This document shows positions 1 through 17,389 of a stretch of DNA of 64,000 bases, one piece after another. This DNA is from a phage, in assembly GCA_012178725.1 (NCBI GenBank), contig GCA_012178725.1_3030.1; one strand, 5' to 3'. The notes beneath the pieces are model-generated. The model had not been told where the DNA came from. It did no database searches and was given only the letters and a program-made list of their open reading frames with translations. The number at the start of each line of letters is the position of its first letter. Position 1 is the first letter of the stretch. Made by a program: the position numbers and the translations under genes.

Positions 1-746
1 CGTTTGGCGATCAACGTAAAATGGCAGTAGCAAATGGCACCGGAGCAGATGGTCAAATTATCCATGCTACTGGATATTATCAAAAACACTCTATTGCAGA
101 GTATGCAACTCCAGTGAAAGTTGGCACTAGACATGATATTGATACCTCTACTGTAGGTGTTAAAGTTATCATTGAAAGAGGCGAACTCGGCGATTGTGTT
201 GAATTCATTAATTCTAATGGATCAATATCAGTTACTAATCCTTTAACGATTCAGGCTATTGATTCAATTAAAGGTGTTTCAGGTAATTTGGTAGTAACTA
301 CTCCATATAGTAAAGTTACTTTACGCTGTATTTCATCTGATAATTCTACGTCGGTTTGGAATTATTCTATTGAAAGCATGTTTGGTCAAAAGGAATCACC
401 AGTTGAAGGTACGTGGAATATTTCTACATCTGGATCAGTTGACATTCCATTGTTTCATCGCACTGAATATAACATGGCTAAATTGTTAGTTACATGCCAG
501 TCAGCAGATGGAAGAAAAATTAAAACAGCAGAAATAAATATTCTTGTGGATATTGTTAATTCAGAGGTCATTTCTTCTGAATATGCTGTCATGCGAGTTG
601 GGAATGAAACCGAAGAAGACGAAATCGCTAATATTGCATTTAGTATTAAAGAAAATTATGTAACGGCGACTATAAGTTCTTCAACTGTCGGTATGAGAGC
701 AGCAGTTAAAGTTATCGCTACGCAGAAAATCGGGGTGGCTCAATAA
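1..746 (+). CDS. 9: Baseplate wedge protein gp9 (long tail fibre socket), C-terminal part; N-terminus lies upstream of the window
   Basis: ORF open to the window edge in the frame of 21..746; sits immediately upstream of gp10 with a TAATG stop/start overlap; T4 gene order. Confidence 0.75.
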   Translation, partial: FGDQRKMAVANGTGADGQIIHATGYYQKHSIAEYATPVKVGTRHDIDTSTVGVKVIIERGELGDCVEFINSNGSISVTNPLTIQAIDSIKGVSGNLVVTTPYSKVTLRCISSDNSTSVWNYSIESMFGQKESPVEGTWNISTSGSVDIPLFHRTEYNMAKLLVTCQSADGRKIKTAEINILVDIVNSEVISSEYAVMRVGNETEEDEIANIAFSIKENYVTATISSSTVGMRAAVKVIATQKIGVAQ

Positions 747-2551
747 TGAAACAAAATATTAATATCGGTAATGTTGTAGATGATGGTACCGGTGACTACC
801 TGCGTAAAGGTGGTATAAAAATAAATGAAAACTTTGATGAGCTTTATTACGAGCTTGGTGACGGTGATGTTCCATATTCAGCTGGTGCCTGGAAAACTTA
901 TAATGCTTCATCAGGACAAACATTAGCAGCAGAATGGGGAAAATCATATGCCATTAACACTTCATCTGGAAGAGTAACTCTACAACTTCCTAAAGGAACA
1001 GTTAATGATTATAATAAAGTAATTAAAGCTAGGGATGTATTTGCAACATGGAATGTTAATCCAGTTACTCTAGTAGCCGCTTCTGGTGATACTATTAAAG
1101 GATCATCGTCATCAGTTGAAATTAATGTTCAATTTAGCGATTTAGAGTTAGTTTATTGTGCTCCAGGACGTTGGGAATATGTCAAAAACAAACAAATTGA
1201 CAAAATTATTAGTTCAGATATTAGTAATGTAGCACGTAAAGAATTTTTAGTCGAAGTTCAAGGACAAACAGACTTTTTAGATGTTTTCCGTGGAACTAGC
1301 TATAATGTTAATAACATCCGAGTAAAACACCGCGGTAATGAATTATATTACGGCGATGTATTTAGTGAAAACAGTGACTTTGGCTCTCCCGGAGAAAATG
1401 AAGGAGAATTGATTCCTCTTGATGGATTTAATATTAGGTTAAGACAGCCTTGTAATATTGGTGACACTGTTCAAATTGAAACATTTATGGATGGTGTATC
1501 ACAATGGAGAAGTTCATATACAAGACGCCAAATAAAAGTACTGGATTCAAAACTAACATCAAAGACTTCTTTAGAAGGAAGCATTTATGTTACTGATTTA
1601 TCAGCGATGAAATCAATTCCATTTTCTGCATTTGGATTAATTCCTGGTGAACCCATTAATCCTAACTCTCTTGAGGTTCGTTTTAATGGAATTTTACAAC
1701 AACAAGCTGGAACAGCCGGATATCCTCTGTTTTTGTGTGAAGGTGCTAATTCAGATACGCAAGAAGGATGTATATCTCTTGGTGGTGAATGGAAAGAATC
1801 GAATACAGATTATTCTATAGAATATGAAGATGGAAAACCTGTCAGTCTTTTATTTGATAGAAAATTTGAATCCGGCGATATAATCGTTATAACATGGTTC
1901 AATAATGATTTAGGAACTCTTTTAGAAAAAGATGACATTATTGAATTAACTGATGACCGTTATGTTAGTAAAGGATCATCTACTGAAGTTACTGGTGATG
2001 TAGCCTTAACAGATTTTGATAAAATCGGTTGGCCAAATGTTGAAAAAGTTGATTCTTATACTAGAACGTATAATTCAATATCATCTATTTTCGACAGCAT
2101 TTATCCTGTTGGTTCAATTTATGAAAATGCTATAAATCCAAATAATCCAGTGACTTATATGGGATTTGGTTCATGGAAATTATTTGGTAAAGGGCAGGTT
2201 TTAGTAGGATGGAATGATGATGTTACAGATCCAAACTTTGCATTAAACAATAATGATTTAGATTCTAGCGGAAATCCTTCACATACCGCCGGTGGAACAG
2301 TTGGTACAACATCAGTAACGCTTGAAAACGCAAATCTTCCTGCGACTAAAACTGATGAAAGAGTTTTAATTGAAGACGAAAATGGATCAGTTATTATTGG
2401 AGGATGTCAATATGACCCAGACGAAACTGGTCCTATATATACAAAATATCGTGAAGACTACGCAACAACAAACTCTTCACATACTCCTCCTGCTAATATT
2501 AGTAATATTCAACCGTCTATTACTGTATACCGTTGGATAAGGATTGCATAA
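746..2551 (+). CDS. 10: Baseplate wedge protein gp10
   Basis: 601 aa ORF; size and position match T4 gp10; coupled to the flanking genes. Confidence 0.85.
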   Translation: MKQNINIGNVVDDGTGDYLRKGGIKINENFDELYYELGDGDVPYSAGAWKTYNASSGQTLAAEWGKSYAINTSSGRVTLQLPKGTVNDYNKVIKARDVFATWNVNPVTLVAASGDTIKGSSSSVEINVQFSDLELVYCAPGRWEYVKNKQIDKIISSDISNVARKEFLVEVQGQTDFLDVFRGTSYNVNNIRVKHRGNELYYGDVFSENSDFGSPGENEGELIPLDGFNIRLRQPCNIGDTVQIETFMDGVSQWRSSYTRRQIKVLDSKLTSKTSLEGSIYVTDLSAMKSIPFSAFGLIPGEPINPNSLEVRFNGILQQQAGTAGYPLFLCEGANSDTQEGCISLGGEWKESNTDYSIEYEDGKPVSLLFDRKFESGDIIVITWFNNDLGTLLEKDDIIELTDDRYVSKGSSTEVTGDVALTDFDKIGWPNVEKVDSYTRTYNSISSIFDSIYPVGSIYENAINPNNPVTYMGFGSWKLFGKGQVLVGWNDDVTDPNFALNNNDLDSSGNPSHTAGGTVGTTSVTLENANLPATKTDERVLIEDENGSVIIGGCQYDPDETGPIYTKYREDYATTNSSHTPPANISNIQPSITVYRWIRIA

Positions 2552-3210
2552 TGAGTTTACTTAATAATAAAGCGGGAGTTATTTCCCGCTTAGCAGATTT
2601 TCTTGGTTTTAGAACTAAGAAAAATGATATTTCGGTTATGAATAATCAGCCGGTAGGCGCTGTAACAATTTCACAAATAGCAAAAGGTTTTTATGACCCA
2701 AATGTAGAATCTGCTATCAATGATGTTAGAAATATGGCAGAGCAACAGGTTGGAGCCGTATTAATTAATATAAGCGGCGTATCTCCTACTGGCGTACAAC
2801 AAACTGACTATTGGTCATTTGAAGGAACTGTTACTGATACTTCAGCCAAACCAGGTGACCCAGTTATTGTTAACATGTTTGGTATTCCAGTTAAAGCTAC
2901 TAACGGAATGACTTCAATTGAATTTACCAGTGCCGTTAGAATAGCTCTACAGGAAATGGTTGCAAAATTTATTGCAATTGATTCATTTGAAGACCATCCT
3001 ACCATAGGAAATAAAATACAAGTTAAGTATTTAGATAACCAAGAACATATCTTAGAGCAATACTCTGATAAAGGAATTACTTTCAAGCAAGAAATAATTT
3101 CTCCTTCTAAACCTGGATATGGAACTTGGCAATTATTAGGTGCGCAAACTGTCACGTTAGATAGTCACACACAACCTACAGTATTTTATTATTTTGAGAG
3201 AATAGCATGA
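2551..3210 (+). CDS. 11: Baseplate wedge protein gp11 (short tail fibre attachment)
   Basis: Start set at the internal Met ([20 protein letters not shown]), overlapping the gp10 stop; 219 aa as in T4. Confidence 0.85.
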   Translation: MSLLNNKAGVISRLADFLGFRTKKNDISVMNNQPVGAVTISQIAKGFYDPNVESAINDVRNMAEQQVGAVLINISGVSPTGVQQTDYWSFEGTVTDTSAKPGDPVIVNMFGIPVKATNGMTSIEFTSAVRIALQEMVAKFIAIDSFEDHPTIGNKIQVKYLDNQEHILEQYSDKGITFKQEIISPSKPGYGTWQLLGAQTVTLDSHTQPTVFYYFERIA

Positions 3211-4757
3211 GTAATAATACATATCAGCACGTATCAAATGAATCAAAATATGTTAAATTCGATCCAACTGGATCGAATTTTCCTGACACTGTTACGACAG
3301 TGCAGTCTGCATTATCAAAAATAAGTAATATCGGCGTAAATGGTATTCCTGATGCAACTATGGAAGTTAAAGGAATAGCAATGATTGCATCAGAGCAAGA
3401 GGTTTTAGATGGAACAAATAATTCTAAAATCGTTACACCAGCTACATTAGCAACAAGATTATTGTATCCAAATGCTACTGAAACTAAATATGGTTTAACG
3501 CGTTATTCAACAAATGAAGAAACATTAGAAGGCTCAGATAATAATTCATCAATAACACCGCAAAAACTGAAATACCATACTGATGATGTGTTCCAAAATA
3601 GATATTCGTCTGAGTCATCAAACGGGGTTATTAAAATATCATCTACGCCTGCAGCTTTGGCTGGTGTCGATGATACTACGGCGATGACTCCGCTGAAAAC
3701 CCAAAAACTTGCAATAAAATTAATTTCACAAATAGCTCCTTCAGAAGACACTGCAACAGAATCTGTGAGAGGAGTAGTTCAATTATCTACTGTTGCACAA
3801 ACTCGTCAAGGAACTCTCCGCGAAGGATATGCAATTTCCCCGTATACCTTTATGAATTCTGTTGCAACACAAGAATATAAGGGTGTTATACGTCTAGGAA
3901 CACAAGCAGAAATTAATAATAATTTGGGGGATGTTGCAGTAACAGGTGAAACACTAAATGGTCGAGGAGCTACCGGTTCTATGCGTGGGGTAGTAAAATT
4001 AACGACGCAAGCTGGTATTGCTCCTGAAGGTGATAGCTCTGGGGCATTAGCCTGGAACGCAGATGTAATTAATACTCGTGGTGGACAAACTATTAATGGT
4101 TCTTTAAATTTAGATCATCTCACAGCAAATGGAATTCGGTCGCGCGGCGGAATGTGGAAAAATGGCGATCAACCTGTTGCCACTGAAAGATATGCGTCCG
4201 AAAGGGTTCCGGTTGGAACTATTATGATGTTTGCGGGTGATTCAGCACCTCCAGGTTGGATTATGTGTCATGGTGGAACTGTGTCAGGAGACCAATATCC
4301 TGATTATAGAAACACTGTTGGAACAAGATTTGGTGGGGATTGGAATAATCCAGGGATTCCTGATATGCGAGGTCTTTTTGTTAGAGGAGCGGGCACCGGT
4401 GGTCATATTTTAAATCAACGAGGACAAGATGGTTATGGGAAGGATAGACTTGGTGTAGGATGTGATGGAATGCATGTTGGCGGTGTTCAAGCACAACAAA
4501 TGTCATACCATAAACATGCTGGTGGTTGGGGAGAATATAACAGAAGTGAAGGTCCATTTGGCGCGTCTGTTTATCAAGGATATCTTGGAACTAGAAAATA
4601 TGCCGACTGGGATAACGCTTCATACTTCACCAATGATGGATTTGAATTAGGTGGACCGAGAGATGCCCTTGGTACACTTAATCGTGAAGGATTAATTGGT
4701 TATGAAACTAGACCATGGAATATATCATTAAACTATATTATTAAAATTCATTACTAA
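3207..4757 (+). CDS. 12: Short tail fibre protein gp12
   Basis: 516 aa; [14 protein letters not shown]-terminus and C-terminal ...[16 protein letters not shown] match what I recall of gp12. Confidence 0.9.
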   Translation: MSNNTYQHVSNESKYVKFDPTGSNFPDTVTTVQSALSKISNIGVNGIPDATMEVKGIAMIASEQEVLDGTNNSKIVTPATLATRLLYPNATETKYGLTRYSTNEETLEGSDNNSSITPQKLKYHTDDVFQNRYSSESSNGVIKISSTPAALAGVDDTTAMTPLKTQKLAIKLISQIAPSEDTATESVRGVVQLSTVAQTRQGTLREGYAISPYTFMNSVATQEYKGVIRLGTQAEINNNLGDVAVTGETLNGRGATGSMRGVVKLTTQAGIAPEGDSSGALAWNADVINTRGGQTINGSLNLDHLTANGIRSRGGMWKNGDQPVATERYASERVPVGTIMMFAGDSAPPGWIMCHGGTVSGDQYPDYRNTVGTRFGGDWNNPGIPDMRGLFVRGAGTGGHILNQRGQDGYGKDRLGVGCDGMHVGGVQAQQMSYHKHAGGWGEYNRSEGPFGASVYQGYLGTRKYADWDNASYFTNDGFELGGPRDALGTLNREGLIGYETRPWNISLNYIIKIHY

Positions 4758-4766
4758 GGATTACAA

Positions 4767-6224
4767 ATGATTGAATTAAAAGATTTACCTTTTGTTGATA
4801 GCGTTCCTGGCGAAGGTCAGGAACGTATTTCATGGATTAAAAATGGTGAAGAAATACTAGGAGCTAGTACTAAGTATGGAAACGATGGATCAATGAATAG
4901 ACCAACTGTTTCCGTGTTTAAAAATGTCGAAGTTCTTGATGAAAATGTGGGAATTCTTAAAACTGCCGTTGAAACATCACAGGAAGATATTAAAACAATT
5001 CAAGGCATTTTAGATGTATCAGGAGATATAGAAGCACTATCGCAGATCAGCGTTAATAAAAATGATATATCAAATTTAAAGACACTCACAAATGAACATA
5101 CTGATATATTAAATGGTACAAATACCACAGTTGACCGCATTCTTTCTGATATAGGTCCATTTAATGAGCAAGCAAATTCAGTTTATAGAACGATTAGAAA
5201 TGATTTGCTGTGGATTAAAAGGGAATTAGGACAATATGCTGGACAAGATATTAATGGTCTTCCTGTTGTAGGAAATAACAGCACAGGAATGAAGCACCGC
5301 ATCATTAATAATACAGATGCTATAACTTCGCAAGGAATACGTCTAAGTGATTTAGAAGAAAAATTTATTGAATCTGATGTAGGTTCGCTTACAATCGAAG
5401 TAGGAAATCTTAGACAGGAATTAGGACAAAGACCATCTTCATTTAGTGAAAGCATATATTCGCGTGTGCATAATTTAGACCAAGCACAAATTGATCTAAA
5501 TTCTGAAATTAAATTTATAAAAACTTCTATTGGATATCCAGGAAATACTTCAATAATCACAGATGTCAATGTCAATAGTCAAGAAATTTCAGCTTTAAAT
5601 GATGAACTAAATAAAAGCGGAGGTGTTAAACAACGATTAACTATTATCGAAACATCGATTGGTTCAGATGATATTCCTTCTAGTATTAAAGGTCGAATTA
5701 AAGATAATACTACTTCTATTGAATCTTTAAATGGAATTGTAGGTGAAAACACCTCGTCTGGTTTAAGAGCCAATGTTTCATGGTTAAACCAAATTGTTGG
5801 AACTGATTCTAGCGGTGGACAACCTTCTCCTCCTGGGTCTCTTTTAAATAGAATTTCAACAGTTGAAACTTCCGTTAATAGATTGAACAATGATGTTCAA
5901 AACTTACAAGTTGAAATTGGTAATAACAATTCCGGAATTAAAGGACAAGTTGTAGCATTAAATAAATTAGTAAATGGAACAAATCCAAATGGTTCAACTG
6001 TCGAAGAACGCGGATTGACTAATTCAATAAAAGCTAATGAGACTGACATTGCTTCAATTAATCAAGAGATTCGTAGCATTAAAAGCGATGTATCTTCATT
6101 ACAAAGGGATGTCCAGACTTTACAGGAAGCCGGTTATATTCCTGAAGCTCCAAGAGATGGGCAAGCTTACGTTCGTAAAGACGGCGAATGGGTATTGCTT
6201 TCTACCTTTTTATCACCAGCATAA
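4767..6224 (+). CDS. wac: Fibritin (whisker antigen control), coiled coil with C-terminal foldon
   Basis: 485 aa; C-terminus [27 protein letters not shown] is the T4 foldon. Confidence 0.95.
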   Translation: MIELKDLPFVDSVPGEGQERISWIKNGEEILGASTKYGNDGSMNRPTVSVFKNVEVLDENVGILKTAVETSQEDIKTIQGILDVSGDIEALSQISVNKNDISNLKTLTNEHTDILNGTNTTVDRILSDIGPFNEQANSVYRTIRNDLLWIKRELGQYAGQDINGLPVVGNNSTGMKHRIINNTDAITSQGIRLSDLEEKFIESDVGSLTIEVGNLRQELGQRPSSFSESIYSRVHNLDQAQIDLNSEIKFIKTSIGYPGNTSIITDVNVNSQEISALNDELNKSGGVKQRLTIIETSIGSDDIPSSIKGRIKDNTTSIESLNGIVGENTSSGLRANVSWLNQIVGTDSSGGQPSPPGSLLNRISTVETSVNRLNNDVQNLQVEIGNNNSGIKGQVVALNKLVNGTNPNGSTVEERGLTNSIKANETDIASINQEIRSIKSDVSSLQRDVQTLQEAGYIPEAPRDGQAYVRKDGEWVLLSTFLSPA

Positions 6225-6227
6225 CAT

Positions 6228-6243
6228 GGGGCCGCAAGGCCCC
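6228..6243 (+). other. GC hairpin with GNRA loop (ggggcc-gcaa-ggcccc) between wac and gene 13; no T-run, likely an RNA stability or processing element
   Basis: Perfect 6-bp inverted repeat read directly. Confidence 0.5.
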
Positions 6244-6255
6244 AAAGGATTTTAA

Positions 6256-7957
<1,702 letters not shown>

Positions 7958-7998
7958 TAAATATTATAAACTAATTAAAGCCCAGATTAGGAGAAATC

Positions 7999-11139
<3,141 letters not shown>

Positions 11140-11167
11140 TATTAAAGCATATTAAAGAGGATTAAAA

Positions 11168-13147
11168 ATGACTTTATTATCTCCGGGCATTGAGCTCAAA
11201 GAAACTACGGTTCAAAGCACCGTGGTTAATAACTCTACTGGTACAGCAGCTTTGGCCGGTAAATTCCAGTGGGGTCCTGCTTTTCAGATTAAACAGGTTA
11301 CAAATGAAGTAGATTTAGTTAATACTTTTGGTCAACCAACCGCTGAAACTGCTGACTATTTTATGTCTGCGATGAATTTCTTGCAGTACGGAAATGACTT
11401 ACGAGTAGTTCGTGCTGTTGATAGAGATACCGCTAAAAACTCATCGCCAATTGCTGGTAATATTGAATACACAATTTCTACCCCAGGTAGTAACTACGCG
11501 GTTGGAGATAAAATCACGGTCAAATATGTTTCAGATGATATTGAAACTGAAGGTAAAATTACTGAAGTAGACGCAGATGGAAAAATTAAGAAAATTAATA
11601 TTCCTACTGCAAAAATTATCGCTAAAGCGAAAGAAGTTGGTGAATATCCAACACTAGGTTCTAACTGGACTGCGGAAATTTCTTCATCTTCTTCCGGTTT
11701 AGCTGCAGTAATAACTCTTGGAAAAATTATTACTGATTCCGGTATTTTATTAGCTGAAATTGAAAATGCTGAAGCTGCTATGACAGCGGTTGACTTTCAA
11801 GCAAATCTCGAAAAATACGGAATTCCAGGAGTAGTAGCTCTTTATCCAGGCGAATTAGGCGATAAAATTGAAATTGAAATCGTATCTAAAGCTGACTATG
11901 CAAAAGGAGCTTCTGCATTACTCCCAATTTATCCGGGCGGTGGTACTCGCGCATCTACTGCTAAAGCAGTGTTTGGATATGGACCACAAACTGATTCACA
12001 GTACGCTATTATAGTTCGTCGTAATGATGCTATTGTTCAAAGCGTTGTTCTTTCAACTAAGCGTGGTGAAAAAGATATTTACGATAGTAACATCTATATC
12101 GATGACTTTTTCGCAAAAGGTGGTTCAGAATATATTTTTGCAACTGCACAAAACTGGCCAGAAGGCTTCTCTGGAATTTTAACTCTGTCTGGTGGATTAT
12201 CATCAAATGCTGAAGTAACAGCAGGAGATTTGATGGAAGCTTGGGACTTCTTTGCTGACCGTGAATCCGTTGATGTTCAATTGTTTATTGCGGGTTCTTG
12301 TGCCGGTGAATCTTTAGAAACAGCATCTACTGTCCAAAAACACGTCGTTTCAATTGGGGATGCTCGCCAAGATTGCTTAGTATTGTGCTCTCCTCCGCGT
12401 GAAACTGTAGTTGGAATTCCTGTAACTCGTGCAGTAGATAATTTAGTTAACTGGAGAACTGCAGCAGGTTCATACACCGATAATAACTTTAATATCAGTT
12501 CAACCTATGCAGCAATCGACGGCAACTACAAATATCAGTATGACAAATATAATGATGTGAATCGTTGGGTTCCATTAGCAGCTGATATTGCTGGTTTATG
12601 CGCAAGAACTGATAACGTATCTCAGACTTGGATGTCTCCGGCTGGTTATAATCGTGGCCAGATTCTTAACGTTATTAAACTGGCTATTGAAACTCGCCAG
12701 GCTCAGCGCGACCGTTTATACCAAGAAGCTATCAACCCAGTAACTGGTACAGGTGGTGATGGTTACGTATTGTATGGTGATAAAACAGCTACTTCTGTTC
12801 CTTCTCCATTTGATCGTATTAACGTTCGTCGTCTGTTTAATATGTTGAAAACTAATATCGGACGTAGTTCAAAATATCGTTTGTTCGAATTAAACAATGC
12901 GTTTACTCGTTCATCATTCCGCACAGAAACTGCCCAGTACTTACAGGGAATTAAAGCTCTCGGTGGAATTTATGAATATCGTGTAGTTTGCGATACAACA
13001 AATAATACTCCGTCAGTAATTGATAGAAATGAGTTTGTTGCAACATTCTACATCCAACCGGCTCGTAGTATAAATTATATCCAACTTAATTTCGTCGCAA
13101 CTGCTACTGGTGCAGATTTTGATGAGTTAACTGGTCTTGCAGGTTAA
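11168..13147 (+). CDS. 18: Tail sheath protein gp18
   Basis: 659 aa; MTLLSPGIELKETTVQS N-terminus; size as in T4. Confidence 0.95.
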   Translation: MTLLSPGIELKETTVQSTVVNNSTGTAALAGKFQWGPAFQIKQVTNEVDLVNTFGQPTAETADYFMSAMNFLQYGNDLRVVRAVDRDTAKNSSPIAGNIEYTISTPGSNYAVGDKITVKYVSDDIETEGKITEVDADGKIKKINIPTAKIIAKAKEVGEYPTLGSNWTAEISSSSSGLAAVITLGKIITDSGILLAEIENAEAAMTAVDFQANLEKYGIPGVVALYPGELGDKIEIEIVSKADYAKGASALLPIYPGGGTRASTAKAVFGYGPQTDSQYAIIVRRNDAIVQSVVLSTKRGEKDIYDSNIYIDDFFAKGGSEYIFATAQNWPEGFSGILTLSGGLSSNAEVTAGDLMEAWDFFADRESVDVQLFIAGSCAGESLETASTVQKHVVSIGDARQDCLVLCSPPRETVVGIPVTRAVDNLVNWRTAAGSYTDNNFNISSTYAAIDGNYKYQYDKYNDVNRWVPLAADIAGLCARTDNVSQTWMSPAGYNRGQILNVIKLAIETRQAQRDRLYQEAINPVTGTGGDGYVLYGDKTATSVPSPFDRINVRRLFNMLKTNIGRSSKYRLFELNNAFTRSSFRTETAQYLQGIKALGGIYEYRVVCDTTNNTPSVIDRNEFVATFYIQPARSINYIQLNFVATATGADFDELTGLAG

Positions 13148-13154
13148 TTGATAA

Positions 13155-13168
13155 GGGGCTTCGGCCCC
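13155..13168 (+). terminator. Hairpin ggggc-ttcg-gcccc (UUCG tetraloop) just after gene 18
   Basis: Inverted repeat 8 nt past the gp18 stop. Confidence 0.5.
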
Positions 13169-13185
13169 TATTCTCGAGGAATCAA

Positions 13186-13791
13186 GTGATTATTTCTAAG
13201 TTTGTTACAATAAAACCAAGAAATCATTCAAAAATGTGGTCGACAATTCTGGGATATAAAGTATCATATCATGATACAGTATCTGTTCCAATAGAATTAA
13301 TGCCAAAGAATAGTAATAAAATAGTTGACGCTAAATGTGATTTGTGTGGTATTAAATTTAGTAGAAGCATTCAGCTTTTAAATAGAACACCCACGCATGC
13401 ATGTAGAAAATGTAGCATTAAACAAGTTGCTATTAAAAATTCGGAAGTTCAATCTGGAATAAGTAGACCATGGCAAAGAGGTGATAAACATCCTCGATGG
13501 ACTGGTAAAAGAAAAGAGTTTGCATTATATGCTAGTAGAGTTCATTCTATAACTAAGTCAGCTAAAATAAGAAAAATTTGGTCAAAATGGCCGAATGCTG
13601 ATAAAATAGGAGTGTGTGGCGTAGAAGGTGCTTACCAACTCGATCATAAAGTATCTATCAAATATGGATTTGATAATTTAATTCCGCCGGAAATTATAGC
13701 AAGCGTAAAAAATTTAGAAATAATCACTTGGGAATCTAACCGAGAAAAGTCAAAAAGAAATAGCGTAGATCTTTGGGATTTACTAGAATGA
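13186..13791 (+). CDS. Putative HNH-family (His-Me finger) homing endonuclease, free-standing; GTG start
   Basis: 201 aa ORF between genes 18 and 19; Cys pairs (CDLC, CRKC) plus LDHKVSIKYGFDNL...NLEIITWESNREK HNH-like motif; GAGGA Shine-Dalgarno 5 nt before the GTG. Confidence 0.65.
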   Translation: MIISKFVTIKPRNHSKMWSTILGYKVSYHDTVSVPIELMPKNSNKIVDAKCDLCGIKFSRSIQLLNRTPTHACRKCSIKQVAIKNSEVQSGISRPWQRGDKHPRWTGKRKEFALYASRVHSITKSAKIRKIWSKWPNADKIGVCGVEGAYQLDHKVSIKYGFDNLIPPEIIASVKNLEIITWESNREKSKRNSVDLWDLLE

Positions 13792-13798
13792 TTCTAAA

Positions 13799-13816
13799 GG
13801 CCTGTTTCGGCAGGCC
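13799..13816 (+). other. Hairpin ggcctg-tttcgg-caggcc immediately after the HNH ORF
   Basis: Inverted repeat read directly. Confidence 0.45.
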
Positions 13817-13817
13817 A

Positions 13818-13825
13818 TATAAATA
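13818..13825 (+). promoter_or_regulatory. Late promoter core TATAAATA (first of two upstream of gene 19)
   Basis: Exact motif. Confidence 0.5.
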
Positions 13826-13876
13826 CACTATATCCTTAATTCTTTAATTCTATATGCCCTAGGTTAAACATAGGGA

Positions 13877-13884
13877 TATAAATA
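13877..13884 (+). promoter_or_regulatory. Late promoter core TATAAATA (second, proximal to gene 19)
   Basis: Exact motif about 15 nt upstream of the gp19 ATG. Confidence 0.6.
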
Positions 13885-13898
13885 CTACAGAGGCTAAT

Positions 13899-14390
13899 AT
13901 GTTTGTAGATGATGTAACACGAGCGTTTGAATCTGGTGATTTTGCTCGACCTAACTTATTCCAAGTAGAAATTTCTTATCTTGGACAAAATTTTACGTTT
14001 CAATGTAAAGCCACTGCTTTACCAGCTGGTATTGTAGAAAAAATTCCAGTCGGATTTATGAACCGTAAAATTAACGTAGCAGGCGATCGTACATTCGATG
14101 ACTGGACTGTTACAGTAATGAACGATGAAGCTCATGATGCTCGCCAGAAGTTCGTTGATTGGCAAAGCATTGCTGCAGGACAAGGAAACGAAATTACTGG
14201 TGGAAAACCTGCAGAGTATAAAAAGAGCGCTATCGTTCGTCAATATGCTCGTGACGCTAAAACAGTAACAAAAGAAATTGAAATTAAAGGTCTGTGGCCT
14301 ACTAACGTGGGTGAACTTCAATTGGATTGGGATTCAAACAATGAAATCCAAACATTTGAAGTAACTCTTGCTCTCGATTATTGGGAATAA
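13899..14390 (+). CDS. 19: Tail tube protein gp19
   Basis: 163 aa; position and size as in T4. Confidence 0.95.
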   Translation: MFVDDVTRAFESGDFARPNLFQVEISYLGQNFTFQCKATALPAGIVEKIPVGFMNRKINVAGDRTFDDWTVTVMNDEAHDARQKFVDWQSIAAGQGNEITGGKPAEYKKSAIVRQYARDAKTVTKEIEIKGLWPTNVGELQLDWDSNNEIQTFEVTLALDYWE

Positions 14391-14397
14391 AATGAAT

Positions 14398-14411
14398 GGG
14401 GAGAAATCCCC
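14398..14411 (+). other. Hairpin gggga-gaaa-tcccc (GNRA loop) after gene 19
   Basis: Inverted repeat read directly. Confidence 0.45.
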
Positions 14412-14422
14412 ATCCTGCTTAA

Positions 14423-16047
<1,625 letters not shown>

Positions 16048-16048
<1 letters not shown>

Positions 16049-16296
16049 TGGAAGGTTTAATTGAAGCTATTAAATCAAACGACCTCGTAGCCGCTCGTAA
16101 ATTATTTGCTGAAGCCATGGCTGCAAGAACGATTGATTTAATTAAAGAAGAAAAAATCGCTATCGCTCGTAATTTCTTAATCGAAGGTGAAGAACCTGAT
16201 GACGAGGATGATGACGAAGACGAAGATAGTGATGATAAAGACGACAAAAAAGACAAAGATTCTGATGAAGATGACGAAGACGAGGATGATGAATAA
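16048..16296 (+). CDS. 67: Prohead core protein gp67, acidic C-terminal tail
   Basis: 82 aa; Asp/Glu-rich tail; position between 20 and 68. Confidence 0.85.
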
Positions 16297-16721
16297 TGCT
16301 TCTGATCCCTGAAACTCATGAATTAGTTCTCGAGAATGTCGAAGCACTTATTCCTGAAGCACAGGGTCGCTTTGACGAATTGTCTTCTGCTTTAAATAAA
16401 GACGATATAAATACAATTGTCGAGAATATGCTTGATGATGAAACTGATTTAGCGGTTGCATTAGCTTCTATTAATGAAAATATGCCGCTAAATGAATTTA
16501 TCGTTAAACATGTTTCCGCCCGTGGTGAAATTACTCGCACTAAAGACCGCAAAACGCGTGAACGTAATGCATTTCAAACCACTGGGTTGTCTAAAGCAAA
16601 ACGTAGACAAATTGCTCGTAAAGCTACCAAAACGAAGATTGCCAATCCAGCAGGTCAATCTCGTGCTCAGCGTAAGCGTAAAAAAGCTCTTAAACGCCGT
16701 AAAGCATTAGGATTAAGCTAA
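16296..16721 (+). CDS. 68: Prohead core protein gp68
   Basis: 141 aa; position. Confidence 0.85.
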
Positions 16722-17359
16722 TGAATGAACCCCAATTACTAATTGAAACTTGGGGTCAACCTGGCGAAATTATTGATGGCGTACCAATGCTTGAATCTCA
16801 TGATGGAAAAGACTTAGGTTTAAAACCAGGTTTATACATCGAAGGAATATTCATGCAAGCGGAAGTCGTCAATAGAAATAAACGTCTTTATCCAAAACGC
16901 ATATTAGAAAAAGCGGTAAAAGACTATATTAATGAGCAAGTTTTAACTAAACAAGCTCTCGGAGAATTAAATCATCCTCCACGCGCTAATGTTGACCCGA
17001 TGCAAGCCGCTATCATTATAGAAGATATGTGGTGGAAAGGAAATGATGTATACGGACGAGCTCGTGTTATTGAAGGTGACCATGGTCCTGGAGATAAATT
17101 AGCAGCTAATATTCGTGCCGGATGGATTCCAGGAGTTTCTTCTCGTGGATTAGGTTCATTGACTGACACAAATAAAGGTTATCGTATCGTAAACGAAGGA
17201 TTCAAATTAACTGTAGGTGTTGATGCAGTATGGGGTCCAAGTGCTCCAGATGCATGGGTAACTCCTAAGGAAATTACCGAATCACAGACGGCGGAAGCCG
17301 ATACAAGTGCCGATGACGCCTATATGGCTCTCGCAGAGGCCATGAAAAAAGCGTTATAA
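16721..17359 (+). CDS. 21: Prohead core protease gp21
   Basis: 212 aa; position and size. Confidence 0.9.
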   Translation: MNEPQLLIETWGQPGEIIDGVPMLESHDGKDLGLKPGLYIEGIFMQAEVVNRNKRLYPKRILEKAVKDYINEQVLTKQALGELNHPPRANVDPMQAAIIIEDMWWKGNDVYGRARVIEGDHGPGDKLAANIRAGWIPGVSSRGLGSLTDTNKGYRIVNEGFKLTVGVDAVWGPSAPDAWVTPKEITESQTAEADTSADDAYMALAEAMKKAL

Positions 17360-17362
17360 ATA
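17355..17362 (+). promoter_or_regulatory. Late promoter core TATAAATA upstream of gene 22
   Basis: Exact motif. Confidence 0.6.
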
Positions 17363-17389
17363 TTATTATCTAAACAACAGGACTACAAA

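Noticed and set aside
759-947. Short ORFs on the strand opposite long structural or enzyme genes (for example 759..947, 2808..3155, 3503..3751, 5183..5890, 14019..14321, 17551..17895, 18404..18790, 35920..36147, 37791..38801, 55255..55786)
   Set aside because: All lie wholly inside well-supported genes on the other strand, have no ribosome-binding sites and often His/Cys/Ser-rich low-complexity translations; most likely chance ORFs in AT-rich DNA.
6037-6255. 72-aa plus-strand ORF overlapping the end of wac
   Set aside because: Out-of-frame overlap with the fibritin C-terminus and foldon, and it runs through the GC hairpin; no Shine-Dalgarno.
16200-16296. Short GAT/GAC/GAA-rich repetitive tract
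   Set aside because: Encodes the Asp/Glu-rich C-terminal tail of gp67; a coding low-complexity region, not a repeat element or CRISPR-like array.
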